A stretch of 64,000 nt of DNA from Lingula anatina (lineage: Eukaryota > Animalia > Brachiopoda): positions 14,694,001 through 14,758,000 of the forward strand of contig CM120640.1 of NCBI GenBank assembly GCA_051362555.1, given 5' to 3'. This document shows, piece after piece, positions 12,450 to 24,840 of the stretch (positions within the stretch are counted from its first letter, which is position 1; the number at the start of each line of letters is the position of its first letter). The notes beneath the pieces are model-generated. The model did not search any database. It saw nothing but the letters and a program-made list of their open reading frames with translations, and was not told the origin of the DNA. The position numbers were made by a program, and so were the translations under genes.

Positions 12450-14169
12450 TAACCAAAGCTCATATATTTTAAGGTACATATGAACCGAGCATCGGTGGAG
12501 CGTGGATTCCCAGTAACACATATAAACCACTTCTACTAGTTTCTTATGCGACTCAAATAAATTTGACATGTGAAGGGATAAACTGAATAGATCACTTGAT
12601 CAGCCGTAAAAGAGCTTTGGACTGCTCCTTTCTTTAAATTTTTGGTCAGAAATTAAACCAACTTTCATGACCTACTTTTCTGCTCCATTGACATACAGCA
12701 TAGAATGCTAGCAGAAAAATCTGTTCAAGCATCATTTTCAGATCAAATTAAACAATGCCTTTTGGAAATTCTCTTAGTTATACTACTTGAAACTATATGC
12801 TGGCATTTGGTTGGTTTTTGTGGCAAAAATTGACCTTATATGCATCTTTAAAGGATAATTTATATTTAATTTAATTAACAAAATGAAAGACGTTTAAAAT
12901 ATTTCATAAACCACTTCTTGTTATACTAATCTGTGGACAATCAATATTTTTTGATCAAATTTGGTATATGCCGTGAATTAATGTTGCTAAAGATAATCAA
13001 ATTGACTACCTTCTGACTAACCTCATAACCTGTCAACCACACACACTGCATGTATATATTATAATTCAAAAGTCACTGCAAGAATTGAGCTTGAAGGGCT
13101 TGCAGAATTTGAAATATTGTCCCGGAAGCATAGTTTTTGGGGACTTTTTTAGTATTCTAATAATGTTACAAAGTTATGACGAGTGTCAAAAAAGGAGAAT
13201 GGAAGGTTGGTTAGTTAAAGCAAAATAATGACCCCCCAGGAAATTTTCATCAAGTATGAGTTTTACAAAAGAAAATCTCACACTATTCATCTTTACAAAA
13301 GGTGCAAATATACTGGTAGATTAAATGACAAAGGCAAATATATCACTAATAAAAATGATTTAGTAGCACATCATGTAATCTTAAATACATTGCTACTGAT
13401 TTTGAGGCTTGCTTGAAATAATCTAACTTTATCAATGTCAGTTTGACATGAAAATTTACATAATTAATTGTTTCTATTCACATGTAGTGTGTATGTTTAT
13501 ATATTTATATATATCCCATTGTCAATACAATTATCAGGGGTTTGATATGATATATTAATAAAGGTATCTAATTGTTGCAAGACTAATCTGTGTATTGTGC
13601 AATATATACATCAATCTTACTAGCAACATACAGGTAAGTGTGGCACTGCATCTCAGAATTAACATTGATAATTAAAAGTAACTACTTGAAATTTTCAAAA
13701 ATCTCACTCGTTCCAGTATTTTACATTTTCAAGTTACTCCCAATAACGTTATGCCAACTCAATTTTTGGAATTTCTGAATCGACATTTTTATATATTTCT
13801 TAATTTTCTAACAGACTTTAACTTTGGAGAAAATTGTTAATTTGCTTGAAATTGGTTAGTAGTTATCATATGCACTGGGCATTGCTTGATTGTTTTATGT
13901 ATATGAGCACTCTTATCTTTTTTGTCTTGTTTTGTTTTCAGAATTATTTATGACCAGACAGTCTGAACAAGAACTCAGGTTAAGATACTGCCAGTAAAAT
14001 CCTGTATTGCATTTTCAAGAGGAAAAATCATTAAAAGATCAAAGATGACAGGAAGACAAGAAATCTTCACATATATCCCAGTCTAGTGAACCAATATTAG
14101 CACTTTAAGAGGACCTTATCTAGTCTGATTTGCTCAAAGTAAAAAAAGGAACTGTAAATTGTGCTCATC

Positions 14170-17100
14170 ATGTCTGCTGCAGCACCCCCTGGTGTCCATG
14201 TACCTGCAAAACGCACCATTCCCCTAGGGCGGCGGTTGGCTTACAGTGTGGGCCATGTCCTCAATGATTTGTGTGCCGCCATGTGGTTCACATACCTCCT
14301 GGTGTATTTTCATGGAGTGGTAAAATTTAACAACATCATGGCTGGCAATCTTATGCTGGTAGGCCAGATAAGTGATGGGATATGCACCCCCTTGGTCGGA
14401 TACGAATCTGACAGGACAAATGGATTTTGTGGTTATGGGAAGAGGAAAAGCTGGCACCTGCTCGGTAAGTTTAATTGAAATTTGGAAGAAATTTTGTTGT
14501 CTGTGATATTTCAGTATCAGTATATATAAGTTTGTTTGCAAGAATAATGAGATTGTGCAAATGTTAATTTTGATCGCACTGATTATCAAAGTGATATTTT
14601 TCTTCCATCAGGAAATAAACTTTTGGTAGAATGACATCAGTTTTCCTCATGATTTATTACTTATTTTGCTTTATTTTAATGATATCTTCTTTTTTCCAGG
14701 AGTCCTATGTGTTGCCTGCACATTCCCCTTTCTCTTCATATCACCATGTGCCTTTGGGTGTGAAAATTCTGCTGACTGGGCCAAGTTTATTTATTATGTA
14801 CCATTTGTTGTGATATTTCAATTTGGTTGGGCTGCCACTCAGATTTCTCATCTGTCTCTCATCCCAGAATTGACCAATGATGAGGGACAGAGAGTAGAGC
14901 TCAATGCTATAAGGTATGTTCTGTGAAATCTATAATATTTTTGTTTTTTTTTATTAATGAACTGTTTTGGGTGGATTTTACAGGGACTGCAGTTAACTAA
15001 AACATTGTTACCTCTGCCAGTGGAGGAGGCTATTTGTGTCTATTTTTCAGTTGACGAGATATATTTAAGTTTTTCACAAATTTTGATGAAATTTTAAAGA
15101 TAGTGGAAGAAGTGATTGCAATTTTAATTTGGAAGGAATAAGGGTCTTTCAACTTTTTTTGTTAAGAGATGTTAATTAAGACTGAGACAAAATGTTCAGT
15201 CTTAATTAAGAGATGTTAATTAAGACTGAACATTTTGTCTCCCCTGTGGGAGTTAGTTTGAAATTCATGTTCTATCAAATTTAATTTAATCAAGTGGCCC
15301 TTATGAAAATTTTTGCAAGTGATTTTTATGTTTCTTTATAAGTTTTCAAAAAATATTTACACAAGTAGATTGTGATAATGTGTGTTTAAATATATATTGT
15401 ATGATATATATATATATATGTTTATGTAAATCTGTGCCATTTTCAGATATGCCTTCACTGTTATGAGCACTATAGCAATCTACTTGATAGCCTGGTTGCT
15501 GCTGAGACACTCTGGTGGGAATGACTTGACTCCTAAAGATGCTGATAGCTTCATGGTACATTGTATCTTGAATATGTCACCGCTTAGCTTGTAATCATCC
15601 TTCAGCCTTTATTTCAAAATTAAACACACTTTGTGGTTGTTAATCACTATATGACATGTATATCAGTGAAGTATTTGACACTAATGATTGTTTGAAATGA
15701 TTTAATGCAAGGTGTGAAAATTAGTCTGATAGTGAGCCATTGTTATCTTTAGGTGGTTATTCAAAAAAGGTTAAATTTGTTATTTTAATGGCAGTGGCTA
15801 ATTGTGGTTGCAAGAATTCTTCGTGTTATTGGAGACTTATTTTTTACCACTGAGGCAAACTAAATAGAACAAGAGGCGTCAATTACCAAATCTTTTGCTT
15901 AGATTAAATTAATTAAAAGCTGTCAACTAGGTGAAATGCCATTTGGCATCTTCCTTACGCAGATTGCCAATCAACCTATATAATGTATATATGTATACAT
16001 ATATACATATATATAATGTATATATGTATACATTTATTTTTGTTTTGTTTTTTTTTTTTTTTCAACAGGAAATGGGCCTCATAGCTGTTGGCATTGGTTT
16101 TGTCTTTTGCATGATATTTCATATTGGAACCAAAGAAGTGAAAAAAACTGAAATTATAAGGCAATCAAGGAAAACAGTAAATGTCACTAAAGAGGATTTT
16201 GATGAAACAAAATCCCTGTTGACCACACTGGAAAAGTCTGCAGATAGAAAGCTATATATGAAGTGGAATGATTGGTTTAAAGAACATCAATTTTATATGG
16301 TAATATTTCAAAATTTTATTGAAATAATCCTCAATTTTCTTTATCTAGAATGGTGTTTAACTAAGTTCTGATATTCATTTATATTAATGGTAATATCTCA
16401 AAACTGTCATTTCTATTTTTTTTTGAAAATTGGGCTCAATCCAGAAGTTCTCTAAGTTGAAATAAGATCAAGTTTTGTTTCTTATTATTTTTCCATTTTA
16501 TATACTGTAATTTTCATATTTAAACTTGCATATTAGTTTATGTAAACCAAAGCCTGGTGTATTTCTGATGCCATCAGTACATACACTAGATTTGCAGTAT
16601 ATATGTTCACATTCATTTCTGTAGTTAATTATCATAATGTCATATTACACCAAGGCAGTGCAATTGAAGTTTGAACAAGGTGTCCACATTTTTCTTTTAT
16701 TATCAATTTTCAGATTGGTGCTCTGTATATGTGTACCCGTTTAGTTGTGAATCTCACTCAGGTATACATCCCAATGTATTTGACTGACACTTTATACTTA
16801 GACAAGGTGAGCATTCATAGGTCACCCGATTAAACCCCCCTTTACATTGGACCGCGTCCATTCTGCATCCTTTGCACGACCTTGAAACTGGCATCGCTGT
16901 GGTGGTAGAAAGGAGGCACAAGCATCGCTTAGGTTGCAGAATGAATGCTCAATGATTGGCCGGTTGTAGGCATGAAATTTTTTTTTTTACTCTCAAACGG
17001 GGCCGTACTAAGGGACGCAGAGATGGCGCCATTCAGTGTAAAGGGGGCTTAAATGTGCAGTCCTTTGTCACTTGACACTTTTGTTAGAAATGTTTATTGA

Positions 17101-20100
17101 TTAGGTAGATGCAAATGTTATATAATATGAGTAGAAATGAGCTCTTCATGAGTATAAAATGGTATGTCATGAAGATATTCTACAGGCCCTGTAAAATGTT
17201 ACCTTTTGAGATTTTGCCCAGCATGTAATACTATGTCATTGTCAGTTTCATTATTTTTAGCAATTCATTGCCATAGTTCCACTGATTATGTATGTGTCTG
17301 GTTTCCTGACCTCTGTGCTTATGAGACTGATCAACAAACTGATAGGAAAAAAGGTCAGTACAGGGTGCTTCCTGGGAAAACCTGAAGTATTGTTCTTGTG
17401 CATAACATGGCTGAAAATAGATTCATACATGAGCCTTTCAACAGAATTAATTGTTCACTCACTCGTATAAATTTATTCACTCATCTCAAGCATACTAGCT
17501 TCTGTATAAAAGCAGTCTGAATCAGATTCTTAATATCTTGTTAATTATTAAGCTCATATATTTGATCATGTTACTTAAGGGTATAATTTAAGCAGAATTC
17601 CCTTTCCACTATCCTGTGAGATGTTAAAGACCTGGTCATGGTAGGTGAGATGAGATCATTTCAGGATTTAATAGAACAAGAAAAGCTAAGCATAAATTGT
17701 AAAGCTGGCTGATATCATTAGTACCACCAGCGTGTACGCTGGCGGTACTCATGGTTTTAGTCCCGACCCGTCTCGTACAGCTCCGCCGGCTCCTGCGGCT
17801 CCTGCAGCTCCGCAGGATGACGTGGGATACAAGTCACCGTTACCGCTTCTCCTCCTAGACCGCAAGGACCTGTGTCCCCATCTCTTGGATTTAGGTCACA
17901 TATAATCTCAACTTGAACACCCAGGTTTTTTTGTCTCAGTTGGTGCATTGACCTGGGCGTGACGCTCGTTGAAACGCACCCTTGTCAAAATTTTTGAAAA
18001 TTCAATGCTAAATATCTCCCAAACCAATGGAATTATGGGAAAAATTTCTACAGATGGCTGACCGAAAGTCATATGTGAAGATTTCAAATATGCCCTTGGA
18101 TTTGACCTTTATTTCAAGGTCAAATGGGCCAAAATTTTCTAAAAATTGGAAATTTTTGCAAGAAAATTTTTATTTCAGCCAATTTTCAGAAACTAAACAG
18201 ATCTTACCTATAATATTATGGGCAGGTGTTACCCTTAGGGTCATCTTTCATTTTCGTGAGTTTGGGGTCAATCGGTGCATTTTCATGGTAGCAGCAGCTA
18301 TTAGATGTCGAAACTGAAAACTCTCTCTAATTCTGGTACTGTTAATGCTAGAGACCTCTTGTTTTATGCATTTTGTAGAACTTGTCAAGGGCAACACTGG
18401 GGGGTGGTGTCTATTTTTTTGTTTTCAATACGGCTAAGGCATTGCACTATATCAAAAAGTTCAACATCCTAAATTCAGTGGTGAAAATAAAATGTGAAAT
18501 ACTCAAAAATTAGCAGAGATATGCCCATAGTTACTTTTGAACTTGAATAGGAAGTCATATACTGGTAATATAACTGTGACCTTGAAATTGACCTTTGACC
18601 TACTTTTCATGATGAAATGCACTTTGCAAGTTTTCTGATCTTTATATCTCCAAAACTGGCAAAGATACGCCCATAGTTACTATTGAACTTGAAAAGGAAG
18701 TCATATAATGGCAATCTAACTGTGATCCTGAAATTGACATCTGACCTAATTTTCACCATGAACTGAACTTTCAAATTTTCCAGCCCTTATATCTCTAAAA
18801 CTGGCAGAGGTACATCCATAGTTACTGTTGAACTTGAGTGGGAAGTCATATACTGGTAATCTAACTGTGACCTTGAAATTGACCTTTGACCTACTTTTCA
18901 CCATGAACTGAACTTTGAAAAAATTCTCTCCCTTATATCTCAAAAACTGGCAGAGATAAGCCCATAGTTACTATTGAATCTTAATAGGAAGTCTTATACT
19001 GGCAATCTAACTGTGACCTTGAAATTGACCTTTGACCTACTTTTTATGATGAACTGTACTTTGCATGTTTTCTGACCTTTACATTTCCAAAATTGGCAAG
19101 GAAATGCCCATAGTTACTATTGAACTTGAATAGAAAGTCATGTACTGTGACCTTGAAATTGACCTACTTTTTCATCATGAACTGAACTTTGCATATTTTC
19201 GTGCCCCTCACATCTTCAAAACAAGCAGAGATATGCCCAGTGTTGCCCCTAGGTTTTCTCTTTTCTCAGCATATATGCAACACTGATAACTCATTTCAAG
19301 GAAAAGCAATAGGCCTATTGTCCAGAAAATCACAGGAGTGATCAATGTTAGGAAAATACAGGCCAATTGGAAAATCCGCTTGATTGAACCATTTTTATGT
19401 TATATTTTTTTCGATTTTTTTTTCATTCTTTGAGAATTCTTGTTTATTGCATAGAGCTTGTCAAGGACAAGACTGGTTGTGGTGTCCCTTTTGGGGGGGG
19501 GGGGGTTCCATTCGAATGCTCTTACTCCAGCTGGTGGTACAATATCCGGAGGCGGTATCGCCTCTCTGATCCTCTAGTTTATGTAAGATATCAGGATTTT
19601 ATAACACCTCTGCCTTTTTGATTTTTTGATTTTTATTTATTTATTTATTTTTTGTTTCAGTTTACCTATCTAGTAGGAGGGTGTTTTGTTATTGGGGCGT
19701 GTGCCTGGTGCTATTTCATTACACAACATTCTCCACATAAAGAGTGGCAGGTGATAGCTGCCAGTGTTTTACTGGGAGCTGGAAGTACAACAATGCTGAT
19801 CACCTCGCTGGCCATGACCTCTGACCTCATCGGTGAAAATACAGTATGTGTCCTTTATAGGGTGTTTTCTTTGTTCACCTTAGATATAACATTTGTGGTA
19901 TTTTTATGAATGAAAAAAGTGGTGAAGCTATATTTTTCCGTCTGCATTACATTAAATGTCAGTTTGACCTGAACCCCAGGCATGCCAGAAAGGATCCTTA
20001 TTTTTTATTGATGCCAATATTTTTAGTAATAATACACTGTAATTACTTGAATAAATTGGATCAATCTTGTAAAAATGAAATAAGATGAAAGAGTGAGTTG

Positions 20101-21418
20101 TTTGAAAATTTTACCATAATATTATATGGAGTTAAAACAGATCTCCCAGGAATGATAATAATCCATTTTGTTCTGTATTTTTTATAGGAGAGTGGTGCTT
20201 TTGTCTATGGTTTCATGAGTTTGCTGGACAAGTGTGCCAATGGGGCGGCTGTCATGGTAGTACAGGCTCTACATCCTTGCACGTACGTGTTTTATGAACT
20301 GACACTGTTTCTGGACCTATCCCATTTACCTGTGTCATCTTTTGTGGCCAATCTCTTCCCTGGAGTTTTAAGTCATGAACTAAATATATGCATAAGAGTG
20401 AATTCAGAACAGCGGATTAACAGATCTGCAGATCAAATATGGCGACCCACTGAAAAGCTTGCCACTTAATTCAGGATTTGTCACTGAATAGATTTCCTGC
20501 AGGAATAAGGCAACAAGCATTCAGGTGGGTCAGCCATATTTGATCTGCAGATCTATTAGTCCCCTGTTCTTAATGAGCTCTAAGGAAAAGCTTGTTACTT
20601 GTTATTCTTAAACTCAAATTAATGATTCATTGGAATACAATACATTTAGGGTTTGAAAACCAGCCTGTGAAGACTTTTTTTTTCTATTGCAGGAATCTGG
20701 GAGTTGCCTGCTGTCCTGCATGTACTGTATTCTACCAGAGAGTGATCTCTTTTGTTCCTGGTGGGTTTGCTATTCTGGCATTATTAAATCTTTTGGCATT
20801 ATTCCCACAGAAGATAGGGACCAGGAGGAAGCAAGGTAAACACACACACTCTAATGATTCTATATAAGAAGTAATATCACACAGAGAGTCCGGTGATATT
20901 TTAAAATCCTTTGGTCTAAAGGACTGTATTTTTTTCAAAAAAAATTTTTTGATTTTTTTTTATTAGAAATGAAAGAATTTTTTCTGTCTTGTTATTTGAA
21001 TGAAATTATAATTCCAGTGGAGAAGAGAATGAAATCTATCCGCAACACAGGTAGGAGTGGAAGAGAGTCACATTCGCCGAGTTTCTGTCAACAAAACTAT
21101 GAAGTCTGTCCCAGCGGCCATGAACATCATAGTTGGGTCCTTCCTGGCAATGCGGCTGAGCAAGCTGTTATCTATGACACGCCACATTCCTCCAGGCGAC
21201 CTAGCTTCTATCTGTCCAATTCTGTGTCTGGGGAAAATGATTCTTCATCACAAAATAATAGAGGGGGTAATTATGGTACTTCACCCAGGTATGATACCTC
21301 GAGTCATTCAGTACCTGGTCATATACAGGGTCGAGGCGGTAAAATGTCCAATGAAAGTCCAGGCTCCCCGGAAAGTAATGATGTTACATTTCAAGTGGGA
21401 GCTACTCCTTCTGTCTAA
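14170..21418 (+). CDS. MFSD12: Major facilitator superfamily domain-containing protein 12 (GPH/MelB-type lysosomal transporter), 618 aa
   Basis: Ten exons: 14170-14464, 14700-14913, 15447-15555, 16069-16299, 16714-16806, 17261-17353, 19661-19843, 20188-20282, 20693-20835, 21018-21418, giving a 1857-nt ORF. MFSD12 motifs: [80 protein letters not shown]. Confidence 0.95.
16833..17049. mobile_element. MITE (PIF/Harbinger-like) in MFSD12 intron 5
   Basis: Terminal inverted repeats CCCCCTTTACATTG / CAGTGTAAAGGGGG in a TTAA/TAA context. Confidence 0.65.
17718..19580 (+). mobile_element. Helentron-associated (DINE-1/HINE-like) non-autonomous element in MFSD12 intron 6
   Basis: 5' subterminal repeat GTACCACCAGC (17721-17731) with a nearby inverted copy (17738-17748). 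3' inverted copy GCTGGTGGTAC (19530-19540), then hairpin GAGGCG-gtat-CGCCTC and CTAGTTT. Internal tandem array. Confidence 0.75.
18513..19240. repeat. Internal tandem array, ~146-bp unit, about five copies
   Basis: Unit starts (GCAGAGATATGCCCATAG-like) at 18513, 18659, 18804, 18950, 19096 and 19225. Units carry TGTGACCTTGAAATTGAC-like motifs. Confidence 0.92.
20395..20581. mobile_element. Palindromic MITE, copy 2 (MFSD12 intron 8)
   Basis: AGATCTGCAGATCAAATATGGC ... GCCATATTTGATCTGCAGATCT; same family as 757-968. Confidence 0.75.
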
Positions 21419-22108
21419 CAGATTGTACAGTCTGCAAATATTGGAGCTTATTTTATGTATTGTTAAAAACATGAACAAAATTGATAAATTGAATTTCCAA
21501 AGACAATGTCTTCTTTGTTAAACTTAAAAAAGGTGGTTTGAAAGTTATGAAAAGCCAAATAATGTTAAGTCAGAAAGTGTTTTTGCTTTATTATGAGAAG
21601 GAAGAAAACTAGAAATAAGAAATTTTGAAGAAAAAAATGTGGTTTCTGTGAAACTTTGATGTTAGGTTTAATTAATATTATTCGATAACTTTTTTGACTG
21701 AACAAAAGGTATTTATTCAAACCATTAACTTTCAAAGTCATCATTTGTTATATTTGTTGTTTTATGAGATAAAAGTATTTTTCTTCCACTCTGACTGAGA
21801 TATAACATCCATTGTGCTATCAAGTTACATTTTACTGTTATAATTATAATTATTCTGTTTTAATTTGAAGCAAATTTGGAACTCATTTCAGAAGTACCAA
21901 TTTTCTTGTTTTCTCTTACTGTTACAGTATAATTTAATTCAATTGTGTGGGACCAGTCTTTTGTCAGAGGTTTACTCCAAGAGTTAAGTTGTCCACATAA
22001 GCATAAGCAGGACATATCATTGTGGCACAAACATTGTGGGCTGATCCGGTAAAATGCATCACATTATTTGAATTATTCATTTTTGCCAAGTTCTTCTGAT
22101 ATCACATT

Positions 22109-22356
22109 AGAGGCCATTCAGAACAGAAGATTGGAGAATCTACTGATCCATGGATCAGATAAGGCAGACCCCACATGAAAAAATAGCTGAGTAATCTGTA
22201 GGGATCTAGCAATTAAATCTTGGGGCCATGATTTAATCCGTTTAATGGTGCATGCAGAGGCGGGGAGACCATCAGCGAGTTAGTTGGCTCTTCTTTCTTG
22301 TATGGTCTGCCATATTTGATCCATGGATCAGTAGATCTTCTGTTCTAAATGGCCTC
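22109..22356. mobile_element. Palindromic MITE, copy 3 (putative MFSD12 3' UTR)
   Basis: AGAGGCCATTCAGAACAGAAGAT...TCTACTGATCCATGGATCA / TGATCCATGGATCAGTAGATCTTCTGTTCTAAATGGCCTCT. Confidence 0.75.
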
Positions 22357-23590
22357 TTAGACTATAGTAGGTATAAACAGTTGTATCACTACTTATTTAT
22401 AATTAATTATGATTTTGGAGACATTTGAATCTTACATAGTGTGAAAAAATGATAGTGTATTTGTTAAATGTGTTAAGATAACAAAACAATTGAAAAATAC
22501 AAATTAGTTTTTGAATGAGTGAAAATGGTTTGAGGTAAGCTGATTTCCTGATTTCCTAACCTCACAGCTTTTTATTCCCATTTATTCTTGTCTGTTATTT
22601 AAGTATATTGATATACTTTATATTCCAATGTTGAAAATCCATATAAGGGAACAAGATGTGATCTATGCATTCCAAATGAGATGATTTTATGCCAAATTTT
22701 CTATACTTTAAAAAATTGGAAAATAAATAATATCCATGCATGAGATTTTTTCAAGTCAAGCCAAGATTCCAGGGTTTTGTGTGCAAGTATATTGTTTTTA
22801 AAAAATGAGCATCTAGTCATAAATAATATTTGTGCGTATATACCCAGCTGTCTCAGTGAAACCTTTAAAAAGATTACAGCACATTACCTTATTATTCTAC
22901 GTTTACCTTATTTGACAGAAATATCTAGGAGATGTTAGTAATGGATATGGAGCACTTATATATCCTTAGATCAGATTGTGAAATTCATGTCAGAGGTGGA
23001 GGGGAGAATTGTTGGAGAAAAAATACTTCACAAAAATTTTAATAGCACTTTATATATTACTGTTTTCCAAGGGCAAACTTTGTCTTGACACAAAAAGTTG
23101 CCTTAATTTATCAGATGTTATTGTTAAGGTCTTGACATTATTTCTTAGTTTCCATATCGATTTCTGTCAATTATGTTGCAAGCATATTATATAATATTAA
23201 TATTGTCAGTTATGGCATTAATAGTTTTTCTATTGAATCTTCAAGTTGACTGTGAATGCAGCCTTCCAGATAATGTTATCCTTGTAGAATGTCTTTACTT
23301 TATATTGTTGAGAGATTATTAAGAATAAGAAAATGGCCAGGGGCCATTATTTTTAAATTTTAGTCGATTTTAATTTTTTTTGTATTTAATATGATTTAGT
23401 TTTTCATCATGACTTTTTGTTTTGAAATCTCACTGCAATACTCATGAGAGATTAAGATTATGTTAAGATGATTCACTTGTTTCAGTCCAAGAAATGGCCA
23501 AGTATAGGTTTACCATTGTTTGCAATTATTATCCAGAGCAGCATCTCCTCTGAATTTTGCCAGTTATATTATGAACTCGGAAATCCAATA

Positions 23591-23738
23591 GTGGTAACCA
23601 GTCTAAGTGAACAACATTTTCTTTTGCCAATTTTTATTTAGTATATTTATGATTTAGTTTTAAATGTGGTAACGAGTCTAAGTGAACATTTTCTTTTGCC
23701 AATTTTATTTAGTATATATATGATTTAGTTTTAAATGT
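23591..23738. repeat. Tandem duplication, ~75-bp unit, two copies
   Basis: GTGGTAAC.AGTCTAAGTGAACA...TTTTCTTTTGCCAATTT...GATTTAGTTTTAAATGT starts at 23591 and 23666. Confidence 0.88.
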
Positions 23739-23856
23739 TATGAGGTGTCCTCAGTATGTTCAGTGCAATGATATGCTGTGTAACGGTTCAGTTAATTAAT
23801 GGACCCCATTTACTGCAAGGGCTTTCCAATCCACAGAACAAAGTAAATCTCTGAAA

Positions 23857-23919
23857 TGTACATAAAAGGAATAAAAATTTAAAAGGACCATTGTTAACAA
23901 CATGTCTTTTGTTTTTATT
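23857..23919. terminator. Candidate back-to-back polyadenylation signals for MFSD12 (+) and ARIH1 (-)
   Basis: Plus-strand TGTA (23857) and AATAAA (23870-23875), followed by a GT/T-rich tract. Minus-strand AATAAA at 23914-23919. Confidence 0.5.
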
Positions 23920-24840
23920 CACATAATTCTATAAACAATACAGTTACAACAAGACCAGGATCATAGTGAAAACCAGTGCAATTTATTCCCAAGTTCTGAT
24001 TCAGGCAAATTCTTGCAGAGCCTGGAGATTTTTTTTTTTTCGATTGGTGCGGCTCAAAGATAAAATAAGCTTGGCATTGTAATGGAGAGTGCTTTTAAGT
24101 TCAATCAAATTAAAATTCTGGGGAATTGTATAGCCTTATGTAAAAACAAAAGCTGGTTTTGGGTAACTTAAGAGATTTTTAAAGAGAAGTGTTGTTTGAA
24201 CTGGCACCGCCTGTTCTCGATCATTTCAATTTGGCACAGTTATTACATAACTACAGATCTAATCTAGTTTCTGATATGGAATCAGTTTAACCAAAGATAT
24301 TAGCAGACATAGTTATTAACTAAACCCTAAATCTCACTGTTCATACCCACTTAATTGAGTAAAATGTGACAACTATACTCTATGTGTGGACACCGTCTTG
24401 TTGTCTATTCCCACCCCTTTTTTTCTCTTAACATTGTTGAACTCCAATCTGAAACACAAGGCTATGGTGTGATCTTGGCTACATTTGTTTTACTTTTTCT
24501 TTCACTATGCATATAAATCCCCCGGACAACTTTGCAAGGGTCACACAAAAAGACGATTACAAAAAATCTTAACACAAGCCAAATTCTGCTTCACGGTTTT
24601 AATTGAAAACTTAGGCCACTTCTCCACATTAACTTCTGTGCTTACACTAATATAAATAAAATTGGGCTATATATAATTAATTCAATCTGATTAGTCTTGT
24701 GCCAATTTGCCATTATTCAAGTAATTGACACAAAAAAGTAAAGACACCACTAGATTGAAGGATAATTAATTTCATGCTAAGCACTTAATTTCTTTCAAAT
24801 TTCTTTCCAAAATCTCTGTGTACAGTTCTTAATTATTCAT

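Noticed and set aside
18513-19240. Regularly spaced repeats resembling a CRISPR array
   Set aside because: Whole ~146-bp units are homologous with no unique spacers, there are no cas genes, and the context is a eukaryotic intron.
21057-21521. 154-aa overlapping ORF in another frame of the MFSD12 last exon
   Set aside because: It begins at GTG, has no motif, and splice phase supports the other frame.
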